Shown: positions 48,205 to 58,952 of the stretch, in pieces
Numbering within the stretch: position 1 is the first letter of the stretch
Layout of the letters: every line of letters starts with the position of its first letter
DNA from: Polyangiaceae bacterium
GTDB lineage: Bacteria > Myxococcota_A > Polyangia > Polyangiales > Polyangiaceae
Direction: 5' to 3'
Length of the DNA stretch: 64,000 bases
Assembly (NCBI GenBank): GCA_033763455.1
Contig: JANRKO010000039.1
Span: forward strand, 64,001 to 128,000
Notes under the pieces: generated by a model
Databases searched by the model: none
What the model saw: only the letters and a program-made list of their open reading frames with translations
What the model was told of the DNA's origin: nothing
Program-made: the position numbers and the translations under genes

Positions 48205-50091
48205 TTAGAAGCTCCGGTTCATAAAGGAATCCGACGTGTAAAGCGCCGTGATGTAGTCAACGAAGTTGCCGCCGGCATCTGCATAGGCCTTCTGTGCATT
48301 GAGCACTGTGCACTGATCGTATTCATCTTCCTCGCGGCCCAACATGTAACGAAAGCCGTTCCGCAAAAAGCACGTTTCGACCGTCTTGGATCTGGAGAGC
48401 AACTGCGAGAGCTCTACGGCGCCGTTGAAGGTTCCATCTGCATCGCCCACGCCAGTGATTGAGCCCATCGCATCAATGGGCTTATTGCTTTCGGGCATGG
48501 TGGTGCGATACGCACCCAGTGTGTCGTAGGTTTCGAAGGCTAACCCAATCGGATCCATCAGCGAATGGCACGCCCCGCAGCCGGGCGTTGCAGAGTGCAC
48601 CGCCAGCTTTTCACGCATGGTGGCGTTCTCGATCTCCGGCAATTTTGGCACGGTGCCAAGCGGAACCGGAGGTACGTCCCGGCACAAAAAGCGCTCATTC
48701 ACGAAGCGCCCTCGCCGCACGGGCAAGGTGTCATCCAAGGTGCCGTAACCGGCCAAAAAGGCCGGGTGCGTGAGCAGCCCGGAGCGTTCTGTGGCAGGCG
48801 CCAGCACACGCAGGGGTGTTGGGGGATCAGGATCTGCCGTTTGGGTAATGCCCATGAAGCCGTAGACCGGCGAGGTAGCGCAGTCTGAATACTCCACGTT
48901 GCTGGTGAGCAGAGCCTTGAAAAAGTCCGTCGTGGAGTTGGTGGACCAAATATCATCCACAACCTTTAGGGCTTCGTTCACCACGCGCATCTTTTGGTAC
49001 TCGCAGCCAGAAAATTTATCCGCGGCTTTGCGCACATCTAAAAGGTGCTGAAGGTCGAAGTACTCCATCACAAAGTCCCGAGGGCCACGGCCAACAGGCG
49101 TTGCCAAGAGCCGCACCACTTGGGCCTTCACCTGCGCGGGGGTGGCAAGCGCTCCGGTGGTGGCCGCCGTCCAAAGCTCGTTGTCCGGTGGGTGAGCCGT
49201 AAGCGTGTAGCTCAACGAACTCGCCACTTCATACGGGGTGAGGCGGCTGACCGCGGGGCTCACGGCGGCGCCGCCAATCTCCGGTTGGAAAACAAATTGC
49301 GGAGCTATCAGCATGGCTTGAAAGGCGAGCGCAAGCGCTTCATCTTTGCCCATCGCCATGGCGTTTGTTTTGGCGATGTTTCCGTATTTGGTGACCTCAG
49401 CGGCATCGAGCGGGCGGCGAAACAAGAGCGAGCCCTTATCCTGGATCAGTGTATCCACGCAGGTTTCAAACGCAGCTCCACCGCTATTGGTGCCCCAACA
49501 GGTACCCGTCTTCACCGCCTCCAATAGGGCCTGGCTCGTGTAGGCCGTGGACGTCATGCTCAGCCGAAACTCGTAGTCGTTCACGCTGATGGTGGAAGCT
49601 GTGGTGCTGTAGCGATAAACACCGTGCGTTTTGTCTTCAAGTGGAACGGTGACGTTGTTGGGGAGACAAACGGGCCCCTGATCCGCAAAGTTGAATTCTC
49701 CCGGGCACGTTTTGCGAGGTGGGTCATTGCCAGCGCGGCGCCCATTGATGAGATCCGAAATCGTATTACCGTATTGCTCTGGAGTTAACCTCGATAGGCG
49801 CCGCGGATAGGGAGGGGAGGAAACAGCGTCGCAGCTCGGAGCATTGAAGGGCTTCCGCATGATGCCGGGATTCGGATTTGGGGGCGGAGGCGGTGGGAGC
49901 GGTGGCATCATCATCATGCCACCGGTGCCCTCGACGACCGTACCCGGAGCACCGCCGGTTCCGGTTACCGAGCTCGTGCCGGTTGTGGTGGGCAAAGGCG
50001 CCGCACCGCCGTCAGGACGACCGCCGTTCGAATTCGAACAGCCGACCGCCGCGACGGTGGCGAGCAAGAAAGGAATGCCATGGAAGCGCAT
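48205..50091 (-). CDS. DUF1592/DUF1588 domain lipoprotein with one CxxCH
   Basis: AVGC lipobox, RLTPEQYGNT, VASSLSY, PVRRG, CGACH..MDPIG. Confidence 0.88.
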   Translation of the reverse strand: MRFHGIPFLLATVAAVGCSNSNGGRPDGGAAPLPTTTGTSSVTGTGGAPGTVVEGTGGMMMMPPLPPPPPPNPNPGIMRKPFNAPSCDAVSSPPYPRRLSRLTPEQYGNTISDLINGRRAGNDPPRKTCPGEFNFADQGPVCLPNNVTVPLEDKTHGVYRYSTTASTISVNDYEFRLSMTSTAYTSQALLEAVKTGTCWGTNSGGAAFETCVDTLIQDKGSLLFRRPLDAAEVTKYGNIAKTNAMAMGKDEALALAFQAMLIAPQFVFQPEIGGAAVSPAVSRLTPYEVASSLSYTLTAHPPDNELWTAATTGALATPAQVKAQVVRLLATPVGRGPRDFVMEYFDLQHLLDVRKAADKFSGCEYQKMRVVNEALKVVDDIWSTNSTTDFFKALLTSNVEYSDCATSPVYGFMGITQTADPDPPTPLRVLAPATERSGLLTHPAFLAGYGTLDDTLPVRRGRFVNERFLCRDVPPVPLGTVPKLPEIENATMREKLAVHSATPGCGACHSLMDPIGLAFETYDTLGAYRTTMPESNKPIDAMGSITGVGDADGTFNGAVELSQLLSRSKTVETCFLRNGFRYMLGREEDEYDQCTVLNAQKAYADAGGNFVDYITALYTSDSFMNRSF

Positions 50092-50424
50092 GAAACACCG
50101 TCTCCGTTTTGCGCTGGAGGTAGGTGGTGACCTCCGCGCTGTTCAGATCATGCCACCAGGCGCCTGCAGGAAGATCCCTATTTTTAGATCGTGTGCACTT
50201 TTACGGCGCCCCATGCCCTTCGGTGCGGCATTTTTAGTCCGAAGCCAGAATAGTGCTCATCCACTGGAAACTCGCGCAAGTCCTGGTTCATTGCGGTACC
50301 AGCGCGGCACGGAGCGCTGGCTTGGTACTTTCGTTCGTGCAGGAGGTGCTTAGCATGACAAGCATCTCTGGCGGACGCAAAAACGGCTGCCTACTGCCAG
50401 CAACCAACTGGGAGCACACCCCTA

Positions 50425-50471
50425 ACTTACGGGGACTTTGGCGCGTCTACTTACGGGGACTTTGGCGCGTC
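50425..50471. repeat. Perfect 23-bp direct repeat (period 24)
   Basis: acttacggggactttggcgcgtc twice; duplicates the last codons and stop of the TPR gene. Confidence 0.95.
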
Positions 50472-51092
50472 CGGCTGCTGGAGGCGCTTCTCATTTCGCT
50501 CACGCACCTGAGCGCTTTGCTGAGAAAGTTGCACCCATTCCGTGATCCGCTTCAGCCGCTCATCTGCCGTGCCGGGGAAGCCATGGGCGGCGGGGTTCGC
50601 GGCAACAAACTCAGCGTACTTCTTCCAGCGTAGAAGTGCTTCATCGGACGCACGTTGACGCTCGGCTAGGTCCGCCAAAACAAACATGAGCTTTGCACGC
50701 AACACCGGGTTAGCTTCTGAAAAACGAGCGCCGGCGTCATAGGCAGCTTGGCCTTCGGCGAGATCGCCTTTGGCAACCTGGGCCTGGCCCATGCGGTAGT
50801 GGCCGAGAGGATTTTTAGGATCTTGAGTAATGGCGGCGCGATAAGCCGAAATCGCCGCGTCGAAATCACGTGCCAGATACGCGCTGTCACCTTGGATCAA
50901 GAGCTCCCAAAATGGACTCATGCCTTTTTGACCGGCAGGATCCTTTCGGACTACTTGGGCTGCCGCTGGCGCGGGACTCGCCGGAGGTGCACTCGCGTTC
51001 CCTGGGGCCCCTCCCTCTGCCTGAGCTCCTGCAGCAGCGGAAACTAACGAGACCAGGGCGGCTCCCGCCATGGCGATGCGATGCGCGTTCAT
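50451..51092 (-). CDS. Exported TPR protein
   Basis: Signal peptide, Pro/Ala linker, AISAYRAAITQDPKNPLGHYRMG TPR. Confidence 0.82.
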   Translation of the reverse strand: MNAHRIAMAGAALVSLVSAAAGAQAEGGAPGNASAPPASPAPAAAQVVRKDPAGQKGMSPFWELLIQGDSAYLARDFDAAISAYRAAITQDPKNPLGHYRMGQAQVAKGDLAEGQAAYDAGARFSEANPVLRAKLMFVLADLAERQRASDEALLRWKKYAEFVAANPAAHGFPGTADERLKRITEWVQLSQQSAQVRERNEKRLQQPDAPKSP

Positions 51093-51209
51093 GCGCTGCA
51101 GGTTAACAGAGCCGCGGTCACTTGGTCCAAGAGAACGATGGGGTGGGGCCACTGGACCCCAGAAATAGTGAGCAATACGCAGAACTACCCGCTGCACTTA
51201 GGTAAAAGT

Positions 51210-51247
51210 TGGGGATATCCACAAGTTTGGGGATGAGCTGTGGATAA
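51210..51247. promoter_or_regulatory. Cluster of DnaA-box-like 9-mers
   Basis: tgtggataa (perfect, 51239-51247), atatccaca (1 mismatch), tggggatat and tggggatga (2 mismatches each). Confidence 0.55.
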
Positions 51248-51306
51248 GATGCGGCCCAAACCGGCAACGAGCGAGTGGGTGCCTTTTGCGCGCGCATGTT
51301 TCTAGG

Positions 51307-52482
51307 ATGCCCTCGTTGGCAACCGAGACCCCCAGCATCTCGCCGTTTCCCTGGCACTCCCTAGCCGGGGTCACTCGCGCTAGTGCCCAGGCAAACACTG
51401 AGCTCGGTCACTGGTTTCGCGCGGCTGTGGGTAGCCGCGCCTTGGCAGAAGCACTTGGCAAAATCTTAGCTGGGCGCGTCGACGTTAGAAGTGAGCCGTT
51501 AAACGAAAGCGCCAGCCGTATACTCAAGCAAAGCTTTTGCAGCCCGCTCCGCTTCGAAACACTAGATGAACATTGGCGGTTTGAACTGTGTTTGGAGCCA
51601 GCGCTTGTTCAACTTGCTATCACGCGTGTTTTTGGTCGCCCTAGCACCGCGGTTGCACTTTCCGCTCCACTCGATCCCAGCCTCCAGGGAGCCTTAGGAG
51701 CGATCGCGGTCGAAGCATTTCGACGTGCAGGCAGCCACGCCCAACTTTTCTTCCGACCCTTGCCGAACGGGCAGAGTGCGGATGCTGACACTCGCGCGCA
51801 GGGGCGAGCTATAACGCCACTACATTTACAGCACCTGGTGACCGCACAAGTCGACGATCGCGCCTACCACCTCACCCTGCAAGCGACACCCAACACGGAC
51901 AGACCTAGCAAGGTAGCTCGCAGAGATCAGACCCTCCTTTCGAACCTTGGGGAGTTAACTTTGGAGATCCCTTTGGTTGTAGCTCAGTCACAGGTTTCTC
52001 GCGCCGAGCTCGCACACCTTATGGTTGGGGATGCGTGGATGCCGGGCTCGGGGTGGCTGTTTGACCCGAGGCTAGGCGGGCGCGGCTGGCTTGCCGCTGG
52101 GCGAAGCGAACGGGGCCTAGCTATCCGGGTCGAACCCAGTGGTAGGGTGACGATTGAACCCCATGCCGGGGTGTTGCCGTGGGAAGTTGCAATGAACGAA
52201 ATTGAATCTCGGAACCCTGCTGAAGCCGTTTCGGACCAAGAAGGATTGGCCACTTCGACAGCACTTGAGGCTCCGGTCGTGGTGCGCGTGGAGCTCGGCT
52301 CAGTTGCCCTCACGGCGCGAGAGTGGGCGGCGCTTGGCCCGGGCGATGTGCTTCACGTAGGACAGCGCATTTTGGCTCCCGCCGTGTTGCGCGTTGCCGG
52401 CCAACCCGTGGCAACCGGCGAACTCGTGAACGTTGAGGGTGAGCTCGGCGTGCGCATCTTGACCTTAGGCACCCCGAAGTAA
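51307..52482 (+). CDS. SctQ / FliM-FliN family C-ring protein
   Basis: Two SpoA-like domains; C-terminal VRVELG...LGPGDVL...VATGELVNVEGELGVRIL. Confidence 0.85.
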   Translation: MPSLATETPSISPFPWHSLAGVTRASAQANTELGHWFRAAVGSRALAEALGKILAGRVDVRSEPLNESASRILKQSFCSPLRFETLDEHWRFELCLEPALVQLAITRVFGRPSTAVALSAPLDPSLQGALGAIAVEAFRRAGSHAQLFFRPLPNGQSADADTRAQGRAITPLHLQHLVTAQVDDRAYHLTLQATPNTDRPSKVARRDQTLLSNLGELTLEIPLVVAQSQVSRAELAHLMVGDAWMPGSGWLFDPRLGGRGWLAAGRSERGLAIRVEPSGRVTIEPHAGVLPWEVAMNEIESRNPAEAVSDQEGLATSTALEAPVVVRVELGSVALTAREWAALGPGDVLHVGQRILAPAVLRVAGQPVATGELVNVEGELGVRILTLGTPK

Positions 52483-52511
52483 TCGACTCCCCTCTGCAAA
52501 TCAGCAAATCC

Positions 52512-53261
52512 ATGAACGACATCTCCAACGTCACCTCCGGACTTCAGACTGTACGCACACGCATTTCGAAGGCACTTGCGCTGGCCGGGCGCGGCCCAAA
52601 TGATGTGCAGCTTATCGCCGTCTCCAAGAAGCAGCCCGTGGAACTCATCCGTGAAGCTTATGCTCTCGGCCAGCGCGATTTCGGAGAGAATTACGTCCAG
52701 GAGTTGCTCGGAAAAGCCGAGGCCTGCGCCGATCTGCCAGGAATTCGCTGGCACATGATCGGGCATTTACAGCGGAACAAAGCGCGCCACACGGTTGCAG
52801 TAGCTTCGGCTGTCCACACCGTCGACAGCGTTGCCTTGGCCGAAGAGTTGGGCAAACGCCGCAGCATTGAGGAATCCCTCCCGCGGAGTGATATCGCAAG
52901 CGAATTGCCCGCGGGCATTGGCGGCGACCCAAGCCTCCTCAGTGTGTTGGTGGAAGTAAATGTTGGAGGCGAGCTACAGAAAAGTGGGTGCACTCCTTCA
53001 GAGCTTCCAGAAATCCTCGACGCCATCGAAGGTCAACCTAGCCTAGAGCTTGTGGGACTCATGACAGTGCCTCCACTCACTGATTCGCCTGAAGGTGCGC
53101 GCGCCTATTTCGATCAACTGGCCGAGTTGCGTCAAAAATCGGGGGGCTCAGAACGGCTGCCGCACCTCAGCATGGGAATGACAGCCGACTTGGAACAAGC
53201 GATCCTGGCGGGCAGTACCCTCGTGCGCGTGGGAACCGCGATTTTTGGGAGCCGCCTTTAA
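52512..53261 (+). CDS. yggS: PLP homeostasis protein
   Basis: LIAVSK, FGENYVQE, WHMIGHLQRNK, LSMGM, VRVGTAIFG. Confidence 0.95.
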   Translation: MNDISNVTSGLQTVRTRISKALALAGRGPNDVQLIAVSKKQPVELIREAYALGQRDFGENYVQELLGKAEACADLPGIRWHMIGHLQRNKARHTVAVASAVHTVDSVALAEELGKRRSIEESLPRSDIASELPAGIGGDPSLLSVLVEVNVGGELQKSGCTPSELPEILDAIEGQPSLELVGLMTVPPLTDSPEGARAYFDQLAELRQKSGGSERLPHLSMGMTADLEQAILAGSTLVRVGTAIFGSRL

Positions 53262-53276
53262 GCCAAGCGTTGCCGC

Positions 53277-54647
53277 ATGACACGTAAACGCGTCCCCCCG
53301 GGCCAACCCACGCTGCTACAAGCGTTAGCCAACAATGGCACCCGCAGTGGCTCCGGGGCACCGCTGGCCGACCGCATGCGCCCTTCAAAGCTCGCCGAGC
53401 TTTTGGGACAACAAGATATTGTGGGTGAAGGGAAGCTCTTGCGACAAGCGATCGAAAAGGATCGCCTTTTATCCATGATACTCTGGGGACCGCCAGGATC
53501 AGGGAAAACAAGCCTCGCTACAGTGGTGGCGCGCGCCACCAAATCCGAGTTTGTGCCTTTCAGCGCCGTCTTGAGTGGGCTTGCTGAGCTGCGCATAGCC
53601 ATCGCTGAGGCCAAGGAAAGGCGCGCTTACCAAGGGCGCCCAACCGTGCTTTTTGTGGACGAGATCCACCGCTTCAACAAGAGCCAGCAAGACGCATTTT
53701 TGCCTCATCTGGAAGACGGCACGATTACGCTCATTGGCGCTACCACCGAGAACCCTTCGTTTGCGGTGAATGCTGCGCTAATTTCGCGTTGCCGCGTTTT
53801 CCGGCTAGAGGCGCTCAGCGAGACTGACCTCATGGCGTTATTGCGGCGCGCTCTCACCGACGAAGTGAACGGTTTGGGCAAGCTTAAGTTGGGGGCCTCC
53901 GAAGAAGTGCTATTGACCGTGGCCCGCACAGCGCGAGGTGACGCACGCCGTGCTCTTGGGATCTTGGAAACCGCAGCGGAGCTGGCCCAAGGCGCCGACT
54001 CAGAGCTTCTTCTGTCGCACCTTGAGCGCGTCAACGAAGACGCCACCTTGCTCTACGATAAGGCGGGGGAAGAGCACTACAACGTGGCGAGCGCTCTGAT
54101 TAAGTCCCTCCGAGGCACCGATCCTGATGCGAGCCTCTACTGGCTGTTTCGCATGTTGGAATCAGGGGATGATCCGCTCTTCCTTTTGCGGCGGCTGATC
54201 ATCTTTGCAAGTGAAGACATTGGCAACGCCGACCCAAACGCACTCACCGTGGCGGTAAATGCGGACGCCGCGTTCCGCCGAATGGGAATGCCAGAAGGGA
54301 TCTACCCAATTTCGCATGCTTGCCTCTACCTAGCGAGCGCCCCCAAATCCGGTGCAGTAAAAGACGCGATTGCCAAGACGCGCGCCGCCATTGCCGAACA
54401 TGGTGCCCTTCCTGTACCCAAGAAGCTGAGAAACGCCGTCACCAAGCTCATGCAGAACGAAGGTTATGGCTCGGGCTACCGTTACGCGCACGACTACCAG
54501 GGGGGCTACGTGCCCGGGGAAACGTACTTGCCAGAAAAGCTTGTTGGCAGCCGCTTCTACGAACCCACAGAAAGGGGCTTTGAGAAGCGCATCTTCGACA
54601 AGCTCAAAGCACTGCGCGCGGCCGCGAGCTCAAAAGAGTCAACCTGA
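53277..54647 (+). CDS. rarA: Replication-associated recombination AAA+ ATPase
   Basis: [43 protein letters not shown]. Confidence 0.95.
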   Translation: MTRKRVPPGQPTLLQALANNGTRSGSGAPLADRMRPSKLAELLGQQDIVGEGKLLRQAIEKDRLLSMILWGPPGSGKTSLATVVARATKSEFVPFSAVLSGLAELRIAIAEAKERRAYQGRPTVLFVDEIHRFNKSQQDAFLPHLEDGTITLIGATTENPSFAVNAALISRCRVFRLEALSETDLMALLRRALTDEVNGLGKLKLGASEEVLLTVARTARGDARRALGILETAAELAQGADSELLLSHLERVNEDATLLYDKAGEEHYNVASALIKSLRGTDPDASLYWLFRMLESGDDPLFLLRRLIIFASEDIGNADPNALTVAVNADAAFRRMGMPEGIYPISHACLYLASAPKSGAVKDAIAKTRAAIAEHGALPVPKKLRNAVTKLMQNEGYGSGYRYAHDYQGGYVPGETYLPEKLVGSRFYEPTERGFEKRIFDKLKALRAAASSKEST

Positions 54648-55166
54648 AGTTGGCAGCTTCCCGACGTAAGGGAGGTTGCGATACTTCTGCGCGTGATCCA
54701 GCCCGTAGCCCACCACGAATTCATCTTGGATCGTGAACCCAAGAAAATCGATCGGAACCGGGCGTTGCATCCGCGATGGTTTGTGCAGAAGGGCCGCAAC
54801 GGCGACGCTCCTTGGGTTCCTCGATCGGAGTTGACTCAGAAGATAATCTAAAGTTAACCCAGTATCGACGATATCTTCAATAATGAGCACGTGTTTGCCT
54901 TCAACAGGCCGAGTGAGATCGAGCGTTATCTGGACCACACCACTTGAAACCGTGTTGTTCCCGTAACTTTGCACCCCCAAGAATTCCACTTCTAAGGGCA
55001 GCTCTATCGCGCGCGCCAGATCGGCCGCGAACACAAAGCTGCCTTTCAACACAGGGAGAAGCACAAGCTCCTCCCCTTGATAGCGGCGGGTGATTTCACT
55101 GCCGAGCTCAAGCACACGCGCGCTCAACTGTTCCCGGGAGATGAGCTGTTCGGGTGCGGCTAACAC
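54639..55166 (-). CDS. hpt: Hypoxanthine phosphoribosyltransferase
   Basis: [29 protein letters not shown]. Confidence 0.95.
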   Translation of the reverse strand: MLAAPEQLISREQLSARVLELGSEITRRYQGEELVLLPVLKGSFVFAADLARAIELPLEVEFLGVQSYGNNTVSSGVVQITLDLTRPVEGKHVLIIEDIVDTGLTLDYLLSQLRSRNPRSVAVAALLHKPSRMQRPVPIDFLGFTIQDEFVVGYGLDHAQKYRNLPYVGKLPTSG

Positions 55167-55253
55167 AGCGGAATCAGCCTATCACGCGGGGTTCCTGGAG
55201 GAAACGCGAGCGGCCACCTGTCCGACCACGGCACCTTGCGCTAGGTTACGGAC

Positions 55254-55769
55254 ATGTTCGGCCGTTGGCTCAAGGGCACTGAAAACAGAGACCATCGCGA
55301 AACAGCGCTTGAGATCGAGCGCGTGGTACGGGCCGAACTGCGGACCGAAGACGAAGCGACCGTGGCTGTGGTGAGCGCCATCGTCGGCCTTTTGGGCACC
55401 GTAGCCTACGCCGATCGTCTTTACTCGGCGGCGGAAGAACAACGCGTGCTCGAGGAGCTTCGACGCATCGAAGGCCTCACCGAGGCCGGTGCCCAAGCGG
55501 TGGCACATACGCTAAGAAAGCACATCGTAGAAGTTGCCACGGTGCAGGCGCCTCGCTACGCGCGAATCTTGGTGGAACTCGCGGATCGGGAGCTCCGGTG
55601 TCAGGTTCTTGGCGTACTCGTGAGCGTTGCAGCAGCTGACGAGGTCATCTCGACCGCCGAAACCAACGCCCTGCGCCAGCTCACGACTTCCCTTGGCTTG
55701 GCCCAAGCCGACTACAACGAGCTGCAGGCCGAATACCGCACACGGCTCGCCGTACTAAAAGACGGCTAA
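55254..55769 (+). CDS. TerB-like family protein
   Basis: VAYAD..YSAAE and VAAADEVISTAE motifs. Confidence 0.82.
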   Translation: MFGRWLKGTENRDHRETALEIERVVRAELRTEDEATVAVVSAIVGLLGTVAYADRLYSAAEEQRVLEELRRIEGLTEAGAQAVAHTLRKHIVEVATVQAPRYARILVELADRELRCQVLGVLVSVAAADEVISTAETNALRQLTTSLGLAQADYNELQAEYRTRLAVLKDG

Positions 55770-56291
55770 GTTGGCGTGCGCCCTAGCCTGGCGGGACCGG
55801 CCCGAATCACGGCGCGGCGGAGCGCTCTGCACGGCACGGACCGCTTGCGTTGCGCCATCAAAATTGAGCGCCACGCGCACCTTTGACGCTGACGCTGACC
55901 CAGCGGCGACAGCCCCCGCCAGCTCCAAAAGCTCATGCCGCGTCTCTGCGCGCAGGGGCCCTGATGCGACCAAGCGCAAGGACCCGCCTTTGCCCTGGCT
56001 CAGCCATTGCACCGCGCGCTCACATAAGAGGGCTCGGCAGGCGCGTAGACCCGCCGAGCTATCCGGCCCAACGTGCAGCACCACGCGGCGCCGCTCTGAA
56101 GCATCCCTGCCCAACAGGCTAAAGCGACGTGACGCACGTGCCAGCAACTCCCGCCCTTCCTCATCCCCCGGGCTTTGAACGACCGTCGCATGCCGGAAGC
56201 CTGCGTCAGCACCCCAGAACTCCCCTTGGGCCAACTCCAACGGATTACCCAGGGCATTTCTTTCCAGGATCGTGACAATTGCACTGTTCAT
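55755..56291 (-). CDS. Hypothetical protein
   Basis: ORF fills the gap between genes; GGAG upstream of ATG 56291; no recognised motif. Confidence 0.55.
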   Translation of the reverse strand: MNSAIVTILERNALGNPLELAQGEFWGADAGFRHATVVQSPGDEEGRELLARASRRFSLLGRDASERRRVVLHVGPDSSAGLRACRALLCERAVQWLSQGKGGSLRLVASGPLRAETRHELLELAGAVAAGSASASKVRVALNFDGATQAVRAVQSAPPRRDSGRSRQARAHANLAVF

Positions 56292-56570
56292 ATCTCTTGC
56301 TCCCACGAGGCGGACGCTTCCTGCGGTGACAAATTCAGCCCCTTGCGCCCCGATATCGCGCGCTCGTGAGCGGGTAACCCCGCACTGCTCCAGTTCATTC
56401 CCAACGTGAGTCCGATTGGTACTTGGGTCAAGTCGCCGTCGGCGCACGTTCTTGCGACAAGCGTGTGACACTGCACTTGGGGCTCGAAGTGATCGAACAG
56501 CTTCGCCGCCGTAGCGATGCCCTAAGCCCGTCCCGAGAATCCAAACAGCTAGACCGTCAGTACCGACGCC

Positions 56571-58952
56571 CTAAGAACCTGAAAAGCCGAACAGCGTCAC
56601 CGCGTGGCCGTCCGTTTCCCAGACCACTGAACCATTTCTATCTGTCCGAAAGACCGCTGCCCCACTTGCCCTTAGACGTTCTAGCGCTACCTCATGTGGG
56701 TGCCCAAAGCGATTGCGAAACCCGGTGCTTACCAACGCCACTTGAGGACGAACGAGTCGAAGAAACTCTGCGGTGCTCGACGTGCGGCTGCCGTGGTGGC
56801 CCACCTTCAGAAAGTCCGCCTTCAGCTGAGCGCCATATTGCCGAGCTAATAGCCCCTCTTCGGCCACTTCAGCGTCCCCTACCGTGAGAACGCGGCGTTC
56901 GCCAAACTCGAGACGCAGCACCAGTGAGTTGTCGTTGGCATGACGATTCCGGTCAAAGTCCGGGCACGGGGCCAGAACAACAATGCGTGCGCCCCCCGCA
57001 CTTTCTGGAGCTCGACAGAGCTCTGGAGGATAGCGCACCCGCGTGCCTTTTTGGCGCAACACCCTGAGCAGCTCAAGATACGGACCGACATGTTCGGCTT
57101 CACCTTCGCGCGTGGTCCAGAACTCCCGCACGGGCACACTTTGAGCCACTGACAACAACCCAAGAAAGTGGTCCGGATGCGGATGCGACAAGACCATGAC
57201 ATCGATCGCGCTTCGCCGACGAGCTCTAAGCACCGGCAAGATCACAGAGGCACCAGGATCTACTGGACTGCCCACAAACCCTCCGCCATCGATTAACATC
57301 AGACGACCATCTGGAAGATCGACCAACGCCGAATCCCCCTGCCCCACGTCCAGCGAGGCAAAACGCAACTTGTTGGTGGGAACCGCTTGGACCCGCGTAG
57401 CCACCTCCACCACACCCAGACAAACCAGCGCGGTGACGCCCAACATCACCCGCGGACGCCGCAGCCACGACGGAGGCGGCAGCAGCCAAGAGAGACCGGC
57501 TAAAACCACGATCACGCGATGCCACGGCGTTGGATAGGGCAGCGGCAGCGCCAGCCAAGACTGAGACGCTGTTGCGTGCGCTATGCCATTGACGGCCAAT
57601 AGCGCACCTCCGCCGACGAGCGCCAAACCGTGCTCAAGCGCTGGCAAGAAGGCACAAACGGCGTGGAGCAAACACACCGGCAAAGCAACGATCTCCCCGA
57701 TGGGACCCGCGACGAGATTCCCAACGATACCCAACAGCGACACCTGATCCGACATCAAAGCCAAGATCGGAATGCAGGGCAAAAGAGCGGAGACGGTAGC
57801 CAGGCTCCCAGATTCCAAGAAGCGGATAGGAGCTAACGCCCGCCACGAAGCTCTCGCTGCGCTCGCCCCCGCTCCGGACCACAAGATGAGGCCCACTGTA
57901 GCCCCCAGCGACAACAAGAACGACACATCGAATGCCACCAGTGGATCTACGATGGCTCCGACACACATCGTAACGCCCAAAATCCGCTGGCACCGAGGCT
58001 GGCGACCCAGAGCACGCGCCAGAAATGCCGCGACTAGCATCCATGCCGCTCGAAACGCGGACCCACTGCCCCCAGCGAAGTCAGCATAGAGCAGGGCAAG
58101 GCAGGCTCCAAAGAAGGCCGACACACGCGCCACATCCACCCGCAACGCAAGCGCCTCCACCCGCACGAGGAGTGAGCGCAACGCCCGCACCAACATCACC
58201 ACGGCGAACACCAAATGCGTGCCGCTCACTGCCAATAGATGCGCTAGGCCACTTTTCTTAAATGCTGCATCATCTTCGGCTGTCAAATCGTTCTCACCGA
58301 GCACCAGTGCTCGCGCGAGTGGCTCCGCTTGGGGTGAAAACGTGGCAAAAATACGCTCACGTGCCCCAGCCCGCCAACCGTCGATAACGGCTCCGAGGCC
58401 CTTGCCTTTTTCCACCACCGATACACTCTGCACGCCCCCGACGAGCGTGGCCTCCTTGCGTGCAGCCAGGGGCGTAGGATCGGCAACGTCGAGATTGCGA
58501 AAAAGTTGAATCGGACCGAGCTGTACGTTTGCCTCGATCCGATCTCCACGAGCCAAGGTCCGCGGGCCACCATACAGCCGAATCACCCGCTGGGTGTCGA
58601 ACACCTGATCATCGCACTCGAGCCTTTCTGCGCGCACCCAATATCGCAACGACCCATGAAGCCACTCGGGCGATGTGACCACCCGACCAGAGATCGCGCA
58701 GCGTGCAGCCGCACCAACTTCCGCCCGCACCGACACACGCGCAAGCTCAAACTCCGCGAGCTCATGCGCCGAGCGCCACCAGCCCACGCCCCAGCTGAAT
58801 GCGGCGAGACCCAGCACCCAAACGCGGACACGCTTGCGCAGCAGCCACAGCACACCCACCGCCCCCGCGCAGGCCGCGACGGGAGCGACCGCCGCTGCAC
58901 CCGCAAATAGGCATGCCGCGCCGAGCAACAGAACGGGATCTACGCGGGCCAT
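56571..58952 (-). CDS. comEC: DNA uptake channel/nuclease ComEC/Rec2
   Basis: HLLAVSGTH, SAFRA, DVGQGD, SHPHPDH, NDNS, GHHGS, FGHPH, RTD. Confidence 0.94.
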   Translation of the reverse strand: MARVDPVLLLGAACLFAGAAAVAPVAACAGAVGVLWLLRKRVRVWVLGLAAFSWGVGWWRSAHELAEFELARVSVRAEVGAAARCAISGRVVTSPEWLHGSLRYWVRAERLECDDQVFDTQRVIRLYGGPRTLARGDRIEANVQLGPIQLFRNLDVADPTPLAARKEATLVGGVQSVSVVEKGKGLGAVIDGWRAGARERIFATFSPQAEPLARALVLGENDLTAEDDAAFKKSGLAHLLAVSGTHLVFAVVMLVRALRSLLVRVEALALRVDVARVSAFFGACLALLYADFAGGSGSAFRAAWMLVAAFLARALGRQPRCQRILGVTMCVGAIVDPLVAFDVSFLLSLGATVGLILWSGAGASAARASWRALAPIRFLESGSLATVSALLPCIPILALMSDQVSLLGIVGNLVAGPIGEIVALPVCLLHAVCAFLPALEHGLALVGGGALLAVNGIAHATASQSWLALPLPYPTPWHRVIVVLAGLSWLLPPPSWLRRPRVMLGVTALVCLGVVEVATRVQAVPTNKLRFASLDVGQGDSALVDLPDGRLMLIDGGGFVGSPVDPGASVILPVLRARRRSAIDVMVLSHPHPDHFLGLLSVAQSVPVREFWTTREGEAEHVGPYLELLRVLRQKGTRVRYPPELCRAPESAGGARIVVLAPCPDFDRNRHANDNSLVLRLEFGERRVLTVGDAEVAEEGLLARQYGAQLKADFLKVGHHGSRTSSTAEFLRLVRPQVALVSTGFRNRFGHPHEVALERLRASGAAVFRTDRNGSVVWETDGHAVTLFGFSGS

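Noticed and set aside
51190..51300. oriC
   Set aside because: Few DnaA boxes, no AT-rich unwinding element, no dnaA/dnaN/gidA context
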